NCBI GenBank assembly: GCA_046861655.1
Contig: JBHIAI010000001.1
Coordinates: forward strand, 32,001-96,000
DNA from: Fidelibacterota bacterium
Lineage (GTDB): Bacteria > Fidelibacterota > Marinisomatia > Marinisomatales > S15-B10
Direction of reading: 5' to 3'
Length of the DNA stretch: 64,000 nucleotides
Part shown: in pieces, positions 19,742 through 30,648 of the stretch
Layout: every line of letters starts with the position of its first letter
How positions within the stretch are numbered: the first letter of the stretch is position 1
Translations under genes and position numbers: made by a program
Notes under the pieces: generated by a model
The model's input: the letters and a program-made list of their open reading frames with translations, nothing else
Told to the model about the DNA's origin: nothing
Database searches by the model: none

Positions 19742-22021
19742 TTAGAATACAATATCAACGATTGAATCTGTGAGAAAAGTGGTAGAGTATTTGACCAGCA
19801 CCGTTCTCGTATCGGTAAAGGGCAGGGCCGGATCGAAGCTGTGGCGGTTGGTGTTGATTCCCTCATTATAAACGATGTACAGGTCGGTCCCTTCCCGGGG
19901 ATTGAACCGGAACCGTCCGTTGAAAACGATGGCGTCGGTGGCGCTGTTGTACTGGATGAACGTGAAAAGAGAAAGGACGGCCGACAGGGTAGTCTTCAGG
20001 CGCAACCGGACAATGTTGGAATCGAACCGCTGATCTCGCTGCGGAAACCGGACCCTGTTGAATTCTACAGATCCACTCGCTTCAAAGTATTTGGAGATGA
20101 CCCACGCCGGAACGGCCCTTAGAGAAAGTCTATGACCATCATAGAACGTGCCCCCATTCAGGTACGTTTCCACCCGGAACAGGCCGCCAAACGGAGATTG
20201 ATAGGAGGCGCTCAGCTCGGTGAAAGTGTAGGTATCAGGGGAGATGAAACTGTCGCTGCTCAGGCGAAATGTATCGGTTATCGACTCATGAAGTAGTTTG
20301 AGTCCCAGGGATGTAAAGACGCCAGATTTTGTTGACCGCCACCATGAAGACCCCACTTCCGCTGATTCTAATCTACCATCGGTGTTGTTTAAGAATATCC
20401 AGCTGAGGAGGGACAATGAGTGGGAAAAAATGGGAGAATCCTCATCCGGAAACCACCCGTAGGAAACCTCATTCCGGAAGAGGGTATAGTTCGTCCGGGG
20501 GACGAACCCCATGCCGGGATTGTAATCCATCCCCTGCCGCGATACACTCAGGTCGAATCCCAGTCCTTCCTTAGTGCGGCGTTCCCAGTTTAGTCGAAAT
20601 CGTGTCGTCGCCAGACTCAGGATGGGCTCGGTGGTTTCCGTGTCCGCTGTCTGGGCCCAGTTCAACGTAAGGTAATCATCGCCAAACAGTCTCAGAATAC
20701 CATCCAGGGCATAGGCGAGGTTTCTGTGGCCATCGGTTCCGATCCGGCTGGTGACCATCCCTCCGGCATAAGAGTACGGGTTCAGTACCTGGCGCCGGAG
20801 TCGTAAGACACCGAAGTTTTCCGATGCAACGGTCACCGTGGAATCCGGTTCCGGGGAGAACGCGGTTTGTGCCGTTTGCATGTTCATGCCACCGATATCC
20901 CAATCACCCAATCGCCCCACCAGGCGCACCCCGCCCAGGATGGGAACCAGTCCGTAGTCTGATAAGCCGATGCTACGGCTGTAGAACAGACGATTGGGGC
21001 CTCCCAGGCTGAAATCGAAAATGGAGGATCGTTCTTGAAAGAATAGTCGCTTCTCCGGGAAAAACAGGGAAAACCGGGTGAGGTTTACCTGTTCGTCGTC
21101 CGCCTCCACCTGGGCGAAGTCCGTATTCAGGGTGAGATCCAGAGTCAGGTTGCTGGAAAGGCTGTACTTAACATCGAGCCCGATGTCACGGGCAGGGTTT
21201 TGTTCCACTGTCCAGGCCGTTTCGTCGTCGTTGAGTTTGGACGATTGTCCGGTACCGCCAAGGGCATACGGCGTGACGTAAAGGGGATTCCTGGAGTAAA
21301 CACCCTCAAGCCGGACCCGCTGGGCTAGGGAGGGTTTCCACACACTCCAGAATCCCCATTTGGGAGATATGGCGGGAAAGGTGACCGTCTCAAACTTCCT
21401 GGCAATGTAGCGCCACGCGGTCAATCCCATGGTGACCTGACCGTCTGTATCCTGAAAACGAAGACTCGAAAAAGGGATTCGCATTTCGGCGAACCACCCT
21501 TGGTCGGTTATCTTGACCGCCACATCCCAGAAGGTATTCCAGCTGACGTTTACGGGGAATTCGCCCTGGGCGTCGTTGAAAACGGCCGCGTCGAATCGGA
21601 TCCCGGCGGGAGTGGTAAAAAACCCGAGACCGTTTTCGTTGTCATTGAAGGTGTCCAGTATGATGCCGAACCAGTCGTTGCTGGGGCTCATGTTGTCCCG
21701 GTTCATGGCTCCTCGCTGGATCCCCTCTGGATCGGAATCATACAGTCGTCCGGCTACGTACAGGTAGTCATCATCGTAGGCCACCAGAATTTCAGTGACT
21801 TCGGACGGATCGAGACCGAAGGTGGGCTGGTTCATGGTCACTTCCAGGGGGTTAATCCGCTGCCAGGCCGGTTCCTGGCTGAATCCATCTAGGGTGACGG
21901 GACCGTCTATCCGGGGAAGGGTCATCACGTCCTGGGCCTGTAACGCCCCGGAAAACAAGGAGCCACAGGCCAGGGTACAGAGAGCGACACTGAGGTGCGG
22001 GAATCGGGATAGGGACGTCAT
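19742..22021 (-). CDS. CBM9-like/DUF5916 outer membrane protein
   Basis: LDTFND, AEMRIPFSSLRF, NTDFAQVEAD and FFPEKRLFF motifs. Confidence 0.88.
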   Translation of the reverse strand: MTSLSRFPHLSVALCTLACGSLFSGALQAQDVMTLPRIDGPVTLDGFSQEPAWQRINPLEVTMNQPTFGLDPSEVTEILVAYDDDYLYVAGRLYDSDPEGIQRGAMNRDNMSPSNDWFGIILDTFNDNENGLGFFTTPAGIRFDAAVFNDAQGEFPVNVSWNTFWDVAVKITDQGWFAEMRIPFSSLRFQDTDGQVTMGLTAWRYIARKFETVTFPAISPKWGFWSVWKPSLAQRVRLEGVYSRNPLYVTPYALGGTGQSSKLNDDETAWTVEQNPARDIGLDVKYSLSSNLTLDLTLNTDFAQVEADDEQVNLTRFSLFFPEKRLFFQERSSIFDFSLGGPNRLFYSRSIGLSDYGLVPILGGVRLVGRLGDWDIGGMNMQTAQTAFSPEPDSTVTVASENFGVLRLRRQVLNPYSYAGGMVTSRIGTDGHRNLAYALDGILRLFGDDYLTLNWAQTADTETTEPILSLATTRFRLNWERRTKEGLGFDLSVSRQGMDYNPGMGFVPRTNYTLFRNEVSYGWFPDEDSPIFSHSLSLLSWIFLNNTDGRLESAEVGSSWWRSTKSGVFTSLGLKLLHESITDTFRLSSDSFISPDTYTFTELSASYQSPFGGLFRVETYLNGGTFYDGHRLSLRAVPAWVISKYFEASGSVEFNRVRFPQRDQRFDSNIVRLRLKTTLSAVLSLFTFIQYNSATDAIVFNGRFRFNPREGTDLYIVYNEGINTNRHSFDPALPFTDTRTVLVKYSTTFLTDSIVDIVF

Positions 22022-22069
22022 TGAAGCTTAAGCAACAAGAGGGTGGAACCCGGCGGGAAAATGTCCCGG

Positions 22070-22960
22070 CTATCCCGAATAAGCAACGCTCTTTTTCCTC
22101 ACCTGAACAAGAACGGCGCCCACTGCCGCTACAATCATTCCCGCACCCTCCTGAAAGGAGATTTTCTCATCGAGGAAGAACCAGGCCAGAATCGCAATCT
22201 GGATCAACATGGTGCCGTTGATGATACTGGACTCCATGGCGGTGAGAGTGCGGAGAGTGAGGTTCCATAGAGTAAACGCAAAGGCAGTGTTAACGGCAGC
22301 CAGCCAGGCAACAAAGGCGAGCCCTTTTAGGCTTATGATCGGCAGGCCTTCCGTAGCAAATCCTGCACTGAGCAAGACAACCGACCCCACACCCATGCTG
22401 ACAAAGGTTACGACCAGCGGGCTGACATCCCGGTTTCTGTTAATGTCCCGTCCCAGTACAGCCGCCCCTGAGTTTGCCAGCACCCCCATTCCCATGACGG
22501 CCAGCCCCAGTCCTTGACTTCCCAAGAATGAAATGGGATAAAAGTAAACCACGATTCCCATGATGAACAGCAGGGCACCCGTCCATTGAAGGAATCGGGG
22601 GATTTCTTTCAGGAGGAAGATGCCCATGACGGCGACGATCAGGGGGGTAAAGTTTAGCAGAAGACTTACGGTAACCGCGGGCAAAAGGGAAAGGCCCACA
22701 AACTGAGCACCCTGGGTGAAAGCGTAGAACACAACCCCCAACAGAAGAAGCTTCCGCCACTGGAGTTTTGTCAGTTGACGTATTTCATTTCGGGTTTTCT
22801 TCCTTAGAACGAAGGGAACAAAGCAGACAAAGGCCAGGGCGTACCGCAGGCCAGCAAAAGAGAGAGGGGGAATTTCGGTAAGACCCCATTTGATGATGAT
22901 GAACGATGTTGACCACAGAAAAGTGACGAACAGGGCCTGAAATACCGCAACTAGCCTCAC
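22070..22960 (-). CDS. DMT/EamA family transporter
   Basis: LWSTSF..IK, PPLSFAGLR and NTAFAFTLWN motifs. Confidence 0.9.
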   Translation of the reverse strand: MRLVAVFQALFVTFLWSTSFIIIKWGLTEIPPLSFAGLRYALAFVCFVPFVLRKKTRNEIRQLTKLQWRKLLLLGVVFYAFTQGAQFVGLSLLPAVTVSLLLNFTPLIVAVMGIFLLKEIPRFLQWTGALLFIMGIVVYFYPISFLGSQGLGLAVMGMGVLANSGAAVLGRDINRNRDVSPLVVTFVSMGVGSVVLLSAGFATEGLPIISLKGLAFVAWLAAVNTAFAFTLWNLTLRTLTAMESSIINGTMLIQIAILAWFFLDEKISFQEGAGMIVAAVGAVLVQVRKKSVAYSG

Positions 22961-23415
22961 TTTTTATCCCTATGGGAGGGGGGACGGACAATGATTTCAA
23001 GGATCTCCCTGGCCTCTTCCTCACTCAGAGCCCTGGCCTCGATCCGAACATCCTCAGGGACCCAGTCTGGAAAGGGGGTCTCTTCCACCGCGTGCTTGCC
23101 CGATGAAGTGTGAAACTCGCGAACGGCCGAAATCCGTTCGGGATCAAGTTTACCGGCTATTCTTACCAGATGGGGCCAAAGGCGCCGGTGGACGTAGGTA
23201 ATTTTTCCGTCTACCAGTCTGCACACAAGGATGTCCGAAGATCTCCTGAGCGCACGGGTCAGGTTGAAGATCTCGTGGCCCTTCGTATGGTCCCACCAGC
23301 TCCCCACGATAGGACCCCCAGCCACCTGCTCGGCGAGGCTGGGGACAAAGGATCGGGCGGATTCGGTGACCACGCCGTGTTTATCGACGAACGCCAGGGC
23401 TTCAGGTTCATTCAC
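22957..23415 (-). CDS. Hypothetical protein (AlkZ-related winged-helix-like)
   Basis: GTG start after GGAGAG; GSWW.H..GHEIF and LVDGKITYVHRRLWP motifs. Confidence 0.65.
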   Translation of the reverse strand: MNEPEALAFVDKHGVVTESARSFVPSLAEQVAGGPIVGSWWDHTKGHEIFNLTRALRRSSDILVCRLVDGKITYVHRRLWPHLVRIAGKLDPERISAVREFHTSSGKHAVEETPFPDWVPEDVRIEARALSEEEAREILEIIVRPPSHRDKK

Positions 23416-23570
23416 TGAATCTCTCCACCGGGAAAAGGTTGGAAAAGTTTGGACCGAAGTTAGGGGAAAGCTTCCATCAGTTTCAATACTCAGGCTGCAA
23501 ACGACGGTCACCCGGCTCGTGCTCATAGGCCAGGGCGATCCATTGAGGCGACCTCGGGAAACCTCCCATA

Positions 23571-24051
23571 TCACTCCAGTACAATATCCCGGGTGCCTCT
23601 CCAGACTCCGTCGTCTCCTCGTTCAAGGGATACGATCCCCGATCCCCCTCGAGCTTCCAAACGCTGGCGGCGGCGTTTCGTCAAAAAGGGATCTCCTTCA
23701 AACATGATGCTGTCAATCCAGTATTCGGGCGTATCCGGTTCTTTAATGGTCACATGAATGTGGGCAGGCTCTGAACCTGTAGGGTAGGTTCCAGGCCGGA
23801 TCGTGTCGATCCTGTATTGGCCATTCTCGTCAGTCTGAAGCCAGCCCCGAAGGTATCCATGCCGCCGGCCGTTTCCTGTCTCATCACCGCGCTTGGCGTA
23901 GATTCCCGCTTGGTTTGTATGGTAGGCGTAGAGGATCCCGATGGGATTGTTCTTGAGTAGTGTCCGGAGACGCCCGACCTGCGGCGATGAGGTACGACAC
24001 AATCAAGGGAATCAGGATATCTCTTTGGGAGAGAATTCTTGAGAAATTCAT
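23571..24051 (-). pseudogene. Intradiol ring-cleavage dioxygenase-like gene, internally deleted and frameshifted
   Basis: The C-terminal YHT..G.Y, LRGW, TIRPG.YP and PAHIH motifs are intact. The RBS, ATG and signal-like N-terminus (24051) are in another frame, and the usual intervening segment is absent. Confidence 0.7.
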
Positions 24052-24225
24052 GGCTGTTTCCCCCAGCGGGGCCAAAACTTATGACGTTAACACGTGTGTT
24101 GCCACAAAGTTTAACCCCACTGCATTCTTCTTGAATCTCACCCTCTGAATCCATAAACTGGCCGGAAGGTTGGGGACACCCTCAATTCCACTTCGCAGCA
24201 ATCTCTTTCACAGGAGGAGACCATC

Positions 24226-25188
24226 ATGAGGAAGCTGGTGTTTACGGGATTACTGGTGGTGATGGGATGTGCCAGTTTGATTCCCCTGAAAGTGGGGCCG
24301 CCGCGAGACATAACGGTTGACGTTACTCCAGAACGGATTGCCAGGGGTGAATACCTGGCCAATCATGTAACGCACTGCATCACTTGCCACTCTGAACTCA
24401 ACTGGGATTTTTACGCCGGTGGACAGCCCCAACCCGGCACCGAAGGCCAGGGTGGGGACCCGATCGCGGAAAACATGGGGATCATCGGGAGTTTTGAAGT
24501 GTTCGCGGGGAACATCACCCCTGCGGCCCTTAATGACTGGACCGACGGCCAGGTAATTCAGGCTATCACCGAAGGGGTAACCAGGGACGGCAGACCGCTG
24601 TTCCCGGTCATGCCGTACAGTGCCTTCCGCATCATGCCCGAGGAAGATGTCTATGCCATCGTGGCGTACTTGCGGCAGCTGAAACCGATCGAGAATCCCG
24701 TTGGCAAAAAGAAGATCAAGCGGATATTGAAACTCGTGGAGCGGACGTTTCCCAGTCCCTGGGACCCTCAACCTCTTCCCGATCCTTCCGACAGGCTGGC
24801 CTACGGAAAGTATCTGGCCACCATCGGAAGTTGCCATGGCTGCCACGACACCTTCTCGAGTTCAGGCAAGCCCATAGAGGGAATGACTCTTGCGGGAGGC
24901 AATGAGTTTGCCCTGCCCGAAGGCGGGACGGTCCGTTCCAGCAACATCACTTCCGATCCGGAAACGGGAATAGGGAACCGGTCAAGAGAGGAGTTCATCG
25001 GACTGTTCAAGTCCTTTCAGAATCCAGTCAAAATGGACGAGATGAATAGACACCAGAATACGGTTATGCCATGGCCGGCCTTCGCCGGGATGAAGGACGA
25101 GGATCTCGGGGCCATCTATGACTACCTCATGTGGGCCGAGCCAGTCAAGAACCGAGTGGAGAAGTATCCAGTTCTCGCGGTACCCTAA
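24226..25188 (+). CDS. Diheme c-type cytochrome
   Basis: CITCH and CHGCH heme motifs; NITP, PVMPY and MPW motifs. Confidence 0.9.
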   Translation: MRKLVFTGLLVVMGCASLIPLKVGPPRDITVDVTPERIARGEYLANHVTHCITCHSELNWDFYAGGQPQPGTEGQGGDPIAENMGIIGSFEVFAGNITPAALNDWTDGQVIQAITEGVTRDGRPLFPVMPYSAFRIMPEEDVYAIVAYLRQLKPIENPVGKKKIKRILKLVERTFPSPWDPQPLPDPSDRLAYGKYLATIGSCHGCHDTFSSSGKPIEGMTLAGGNEFALPEGGTVRSSNITSDPETGIGNRSREEFIGLFKSFQNPVKMDEMNRHQNTVMPWPAFAGMKDEDLGAIYDYLMWAEPVKNRVEKYPVLAVP

Positions 25189-25263
25189 GGGATTATATTG
25201 TGTAAAGGATTCGGATAGGCGGTAGGTTACACGGTACCCGGAGGGAGTGCCCGGGTTCACAAA

Positions 25264-26421
25264 CTAGTCGAACAGTTTCTTGTACTTCCCGTATCCCTCC
25301 GCTTCCAATTCCTCTTTGGGTATGAACTTTAAAGCCGCCGAATTAATACAGTAACGCAACCCCGTCGGAGCAGGTCCATCGGTGAACACGTGTCCCAGGT
25401 GGGAATCGGCTTTCTTGCTTCTGATCTCCGTTCTTAGCATAAAGAGACTTCTATCTTCTTTTTCCGCCAGATTGCCTGAGTCTAACGGCTTGGTAAAACA
25501 AGGCCAGCCCGTTCCCGAATCGAATTTGTCCAGGGAACTGAATAGGGGTTCACCAGAGACGATATCCACGTATATGCCTTCTTTCTTGTTGTTCCAGTAT
25601 TCGTTGCTAAACGGTCGCTCGGTAGCCCCCTTCTGAGTAACCTCGTACTGGAGAGGCGTCAGCCGATTCTTTATTTCCTCATCCGTAGGTTTTTGAAATT
25701 TGGATGACGCCCCCCTTTTCTCTCCTCCCGCCCGGGCGGGAGGGACCGAGGAGGGTGTTGTCTCAACAGAGGAGGTTTTCCTGGATGATTTTCCCCACTT
25801 CTCTTTCAGGAATTCATCCCGGCCTGAGCCTTTGCGGTACCGTTTGTACCCGATAGTGTGCTTCCTGTAGTAATCTTGGTGATAATCTTCTGCTTTCCAG
25901 AATTTGGTGTAGGGGACAATTTCGGTGACGATGGGTCTGTCAAAGAGCCCTGACTTTTCCAGTTCTCGTTTTGATTCCTCCGCCAGGCGCTTTTGTTCCT
26001 CGCTGTGATAGAAGATTGCCGTACGGTACTGGGACCCCCGGTCCACGAAGGACCCTCCTGCATCGGTAGGATCGATCTGCCTCCAGAATATCTCCAGCAG
26101 GTCCGAATACCCCACCTTGCCAGGATCGTAGGTGATCTGAATGGTCTCGGTATGACCTGTCTTACCCGAGGATACCTCCTGATAGGTGGGGTTTTCCTTG
26201 TGGCCGCCGGAATAACCCGAGACCACAGTCCTTACCCCGTCCGTAGACTCAAAAGGGGGCTCCATGCACCAAAAACAGCCTCCGGCAAAGGTAGCCGTTT
26301 CAAGTTTTTGGGACCGCTTTTTCATAGAAAACTCCTGTTTGGGTCCGTCCCCACCTTTAGCATCGGAGCAGCCGGTGAGGACGAGAACGAAACTGACGCT
26401 GAAGAAGAGTACGTATTTCAT
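25264..26421 (-). CDS. msrAB: Peptide methionine sulfoxide reductase MsrA/MsrB fusion, lipoprotein
   Basis: [27 protein letters not shown] and RYCINS motifs; LTGC lipobox. Confidence 0.95.
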   Translation of the reverse strand: MKYVLFFSVSFVLVLTGCSDAKGGDGPKQEFSMKKRSQKLETATFAGGCFWCMEPPFESTDGVRTVVSGYSGGHKENPTYQEVSSGKTGHTETIQITYDPGKVGYSDLLEIFWRQIDPTDAGGSFVDRGSQYRTAIFYHSEEQKRLAEESKRELEKSGLFDRPIVTEIVPYTKFWKAEDYHQDYYRKHTIGYKRYRKGSGRDEFLKEKWGKSSRKTSSVETTPSSVPPARAGGEKRGASSKFQKPTDEEIKNRLTPLQYEVTQKGATERPFSNEYWNNKKEGIYVDIVSGEPLFSSLDKFDSGTGWPCFTKPLDSGNLAEKEDRSLFMLRTEIRSKKADSHLGHVFTDGPAPTGLRYCINSAALKFIPKEELEAEGYGKYKKLFD

Positions 26422-26657
26422 GCTCACATTTCGAAGGCCCTGCCGCACCTTCAACCAAAGTTAGGATGATTCATCCAGTTTGGCCACGGCAATTGTGAGA
26501 TCTCACCGGCTCCCCTCTTCCCAGAAAGTCATGTCCCCATCCGATAGAAACACTCCAGGTTTCACAAAAAGGTCCCCAAAAAAAGGGGAAAAACCATCGG
26601 GAATCTCTTGACGAGGATCGTGGTACACTGTATTTTCGCGGCCATAATTTGACGACC

Positions 26658-28094
26658 ATGGAGGAACATACACAGCAACCTAAGTCCCAGGAAGTCCTTG
26701 AGGAAGAGGCCTCCAGGGCAAGGAACACTCTGAACGTATCCATCAAGGAAGGGAACTGGTGGGCCATCATGGTGGGTTTTGGGGAATCGTATCTGACAGC
26801 ATTCGGCGAGTACCTGAAGGCCTCCCTCACTCAAATCAGCCTTCTGACTACCCTGCCTCAGGTGATATCCAGCCTGGTGCAGCTCGCCGCCTTCAAGATG
26901 ACAAATCTGATGGCCACGCGCAAACGGCTGGTAGTGACCGCTGCCATGATGCAGTCCGTTACCTGGCTTGCCATCATTGTGATTACGTATTTTGTTCGTG
27001 ATGTCACGCCGCTTCTTGGTTTGGCCGTCTTTTATTTTGTCTGCGGCGCCATGGGAGTGTCGCCGTGGATGTCATGGATGGGGGATCTTGTTCCCGAAAA
27101 ATCAAGGGGGAGGTACTTCGGGAGGAGAAACAGGATCGTCGGTTTTGTCTCGTTCGTGTCTGTTACCGCCGCCGGAATGATCCTGGACCGGCTGTCGAGT
27201 GTCAATCCGTTCAGCGGGTTTGCGGTTCTTTTTTCCATCGCTTTTATAGGTCGATTTATCTCCAGCCTGATGCTGGCAAACCAGTACGAACCCCAGGTCG
27301 AACTCAAAGCTCCGGAATCCTACAGTTTCTTAAGATTCCTCCGGAGGCTTCACAGGGAGGACTATGGCTTCTTCTCCCTTTACATCATGTTGATGATGTT
27401 TGCTGTCTATCTTGCCTCACCCCTCTTCATCGTCCTGTGGCTGAGGGTGTTCGAATTCTCCTACATGAAGTTCATGATTTTGGTCTCCAGTGCCTCCATC
27501 GCCAGCTTTATCACCATGACAGTGTGGGGAAAATCCGCGGATCGCTTCGGGAACAAGAGTGTCCTGGAAGTCTGCAGCTACCTGTTGACGTTCGTTCCCC
27601 TCCTCTGGTTCCCTCTGGGCTACCTTCCCCGGGAGATAACTTTCGTTCTGGGGATAGGAATACAAATCCTGTCTGGATTTTCATGGGCGGGATTCAACCT
27701 GAGTTCTGGCAACTTCGTTTACGATATGGTGACTCCCGAGAATAGGCTGAAATTCATTTCCTACCACACCGCCTTGAAGGGATCCTCCATATTCCTCGGA
27801 GGAATCGTCGGAGCCTTCGTCGCGGGCATCCCCGTTTCCGTTGCCTGGCTCCCTTCGGGCATCTACCTTATTCTTCTGATCTCAGGTGCAGCCAGGGGGC
27901 TTGTGGCCCTCACTTTTGTCGGGAGAATCCGGGAGGCCCGGGAGGTCGTCCGGCGTCCCCCGCTGCTTCGAATGGTCACTGTGGTGCCCGTTCAGGGACT
28001 GTACCTTGAAATAGTGGTGGGGATGAACCGGACTGCCCGGAAATTCCGGCAGGGAATGAGAAGAATCTGGAATCAGACCTCCGCCAGGGGTTGA
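26658..28094 (+). CDS. MFS transporter
   Basis: About 12 TM segments; WMGDLVPEKSRGRYFG and WGKSADRFG motifs. Confidence 0.88.
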   Translation: MEEHTQQPKSQEVLEEEASRARNTLNVSIKEGNWWAIMVGFGESYLTAFGEYLKASLTQISLLTTLPQVISSLVQLAAFKMTNLMATRKRLVVTAAMMQSVTWLAIIVITYFVRDVTPLLGLAVFYFVCGAMGVSPWMSWMGDLVPEKSRGRYFGRRNRIVGFVSFVSVTAAGMILDRLSSVNPFSGFAVLFSIAFIGRFISSLMLANQYEPQVELKAPESYSFLRFLRRLHREDYGFFSLYIMLMMFAVYLASPLFIVLWLRVFEFSYMKFMILVSSASIASFITMTVWGKSADRFGNKSVLEVCSYLLTFVPLLWFPLGYLPREITFVLGIGIQILSGFSWAGFNLSSGNFVYDMVTPENRLKFISYHTALKGSSIFLGGIVGAFVAGIPVSVAWLPSGIYLILLISGAARGLVALTFVGRIREAREVVRRPPLLRMVTVVPVQGLYLEIVVGMNRTARKFRQGMRRIWNQTSARG

Positions 28095-28127
28095 TTCTCA
28101 GCCACTGACGTCCTAAACTCGGTCACC

Positions 28128-29348
28128 ATGGGAAAAACTCGTACCTATCCGGTTCTGATTATTCTGGGGATTATGATCCTTTCTTACAGAGTGGCCGCGA
28201 CTCCTGGCCTGTCATCGAAGCTGGTGGCCCATGGCTTTTCCAAACCGGTCTACGTGACTTCCCACCCGGAAGATCCCTCACGCCTTTTTGTGGTTGAGCA
28301 GAAAGGGGTAATCAAGATCATCGAGAACGGCGAAGTCCTTTCAAGACCGTTTCTTGACATCACTGACCGGGTCCATAACCCCGTGACACCCGGGGATGAA
28401 CGAGGCCTGCTGGGTCTGGCCTTCCATCCTGTCTATCCCGAAAATGGCTTTTTCTACGTCAACTACGTGGACAGGGAAGATCACACCATTATCTCCAGGT
28501 TTCGGGCCCCATCCGATCCAAGGGTGGCAGACCACGACTCGGAGAAAGTTTTGATGAGACTTAAGCAGCCTTTCTCCAATCATAACGGTGGACATCTCGC
28601 CTTTGGACCCAAAGACGGATTCCTGTACATCGCCCTGGGAGATGGGGGGAAATGGGGGGATCCCTTCAATCACGCCCAGACGCTGGATAATCTGTTCGGA
28701 AAGATTCTACGTATCGATGTGGACAGGGCAGACCCCTACGGTATTCCTCCCGGTAACCCCTTTGTTCATGTTGCCGGAGCCAGGCCCGAAATCTGGGTCT
28801 ACGGCCTTCGAAACCCCTGGAGGTTTTCTTTTGACCGGACTACGGGGAACCTGTACATGGGGGACGTAGGTCAGGACACCTGGGAGGAAATCGATGTCCA
28901 GAGGGCTGGCAGCCCTGGGGGTGAGAACTACGGCTGGCGAATCATGGAGGGGAATCACTGTTACAACCCTCCGAAAGACTGTGACACGGAAGGTCTAACA
29001 CCGCCCGTGTGGGAGTACTCCAACGACGCCAACTACATGCGAACCCTCATGGGAAGGTCGCAGTTTGGCGTTACCGGTTGTTCTGTGACGGGGGGGTATG
29101 TCTACCGGGGACAGGCCATGCCTGAACTTCAGGGTACCTACTTTTTCGCGGACTACTGCTCGGGCAACATCTGGAGTTTTGAGTTTTCCCACGGCCGGGT
29201 CACGAATGTTCAGGATAGAACAGCAGAGATTAACCTGGCTGGCGGGGAATTCACAACGTATGTCTCGTCCTTCGGGGAGGACGCCACCGGGGAGTTATAC
29301 GTTGTTGATTATAATGGAGGTGTTTACAGGATCATTCGAGGAGAATAG
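28128..29348 (+). CDS. PQQ-dependent sugar dehydrogenase (GSDH beta-propeller)
   Basis: ERGLLGLAFHP, NHNGG, GKILRIDV, YGLRNPWRFSFD and SSFGED motifs. Confidence 0.92.
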   Translation: MGKTRTYPVLIILGIMILSYRVAATPGLSSKLVAHGFSKPVYVTSHPEDPSRLFVVEQKGVIKIIENGEVLSRPFLDITDRVHNPVTPGDERGLLGLAFHPVYPENGFFYVNYVDREDHTIISRFRAPSDPRVADHDSEKVLMRLKQPFSNHNGGHLAFGPKDGFLYIALGDGGKWGDPFNHAQTLDNLFGKILRIDVDRADPYGIPPGNPFVHVAGARPEIWVYGLRNPWRFSFDRTTGNLYMGDVGQDTWEEIDVQRAGSPGGENYGWRIMEGNHCYNPPKDCDTEGLTPPVWEYSNDANYMRTLMGRSQFGVTGCSVTGGYVYRGQAMPELQGTYFFADYCSGNIWSFEFSHGRVTNVQDRTAEINLAGGEFTTYVSSFGEDATGELYVVDYNGGVYRIIRGE

Positions 29349-29363
29349 GACCGGAGGTTTCTC

Positions 29364-30017
29364 ATGGCATTCAAGAAGCTCGAGTTCCACCCACTCCCGG
29401 AGGAAGAGATGGTTCGGCGATCCATCGAATACCTGCGGGCAATGAAAACAAGAAGAAGCGTGAGAGATTTTTCTGACAGGTCCGTTTCTTTTGAGGTCAT
29501 AAAGAACATCGTAATGACGGCGGCCTCAGCCCCTTCAGGAGCCAACAAGCAACCGTGGACCTTCGTCATCGTGAAAGACCCCAGGATTAAGAAACGGATT
29601 CGCATAGCGGCCGAAAAGGAAGAAAAGGAGAATTACGAGCGCCGGTTTACTAACGAGTGGTTGGACGACCTGAACCTGTTTGGCACCGATTGGCACAAGG
29701 AGTTCCTGGAAATGGCGCCCTACCTTATCGTCGTCTTTAAGCACAGTTTTGATGTGGTAAGCGGGGAGCATCGCAAGAACTACTATGTCAACGAATCCGT
29801 TGGCATTGCCGCCGGGTTCCTGTTGACGGCGATCCACAATGCGGGACTCGTGGCCCTGACCCACACCCCGAGTCCCATGGGATTTCTGGCAGAAATCCTG
29901 AATAGACCGGCCAATGAAAAACCGTTCTTACTCATTCCGGTCGGTTTCCCAAGGGATGGTGCCGAGGTTCCCGTCCTGGATAAGAAAAGTTTCGAAGAAG
30001 TTGCCGTTGTTTGTTAA
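29364..30017 (+). CDS. Nitroreductase family, iodotyrosine deiodinase-like
   Basis: RRSVRDF, APSGANKQPW, EKENY, YYVNESVG and THTPSPM motifs. Confidence 0.88.
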   Translation: MAFKKLEFHPLPEEEMVRRSIEYLRAMKTRRSVRDFSDRSVSFEVIKNIVMTAASAPSGANKQPWTFVIVKDPRIKKRIRIAAEKEEKENYERRFTNEWLDDLNLFGTDWHKEFLEMAPYLIVVFKHSFDVVSGEHRKNYYVNESVGIAAGFLLTAIHNAGLVALTHTPSPMGFLAEILNRPANEKPFLLIPVGFPRDGAEVPVLDKKSFEEVAVVC

Positions 30018-30042
30018 AGGGAGGTCCATGGAGCTTGTTCAT

Positions 30043-30648
30043 TTATGGTTCCCCCGAAGACGTGGGCATCACAATACCCCCCTCACCTCCGAGTATTTCG
30101 CCGTTGCCCTGGAGAAACCACCGGCCAACCAGGGCCGCAGTCGCCGCATCCAGTTCATCTCCCGTCATGGTAGCCGTCAATCCCTCAACACCCATTCGTT
30201 TCAGTCCCCTGAGAAGCCCTTTGAGGTCCCGGTGCTGGCGGGGAAGACCCCACACGTCTTGAGCCGCACCGGGATAACACTCTACCGCCCTGTGCCCCAT
30301 CCCCTCAATTCTCTCCTTGAGAGCTAACCCACGTTCGGTCAACATTCGCATGGGGCCCAGGGTGATAGGAAAAAAGCGAATGCCCCGGCGCCGCAGCTCA
30401 TGGTCACACTCTCGAAAATGCTCACCGGAGCGGTCGTGAATGGTCTTTCGTCCCTTGGGCAGACTCAAAGGGGCATCTATGGAAACCAGCTCTGGCCGTG
30501 CCCGGTCTATGGCGTTAAGGATCTCTTCATCGTCCGACGCCACCTCAGTCGTTGCCATCATACCGCGCAGGAGACATATCCCCGTTGGGCGGCTGGGCGA
30601 GCCTGCAAGATCTACCCCAAGAACGACCATCGTTCTACCCTTTGACAC
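30043..30648 (-). CDS. DUF429 family protein (RNase H-like fold)
   Basis: GVDLA, IDAPLSLP, RECD, ECYP and DELDA motifs. Confidence 0.85.
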   Translation of the reverse strand: MSKGRTMVVLGVDLAGSPSRPTGICLLRGMMATTEVASDDEEILNAIDRARPELVSIDAPLSLPKGRKTIHDRSGEHFRECDHELRRRGIRFFPITLGPMRMLTERGLALKERIEGMGHRAVECYPGAAQDVWGLPRQHRDLKGLLRGLKRMGVEGLTATMTGDELDAATAALVGRWFLQGNGEILGGEGGIVMPTSSGEP

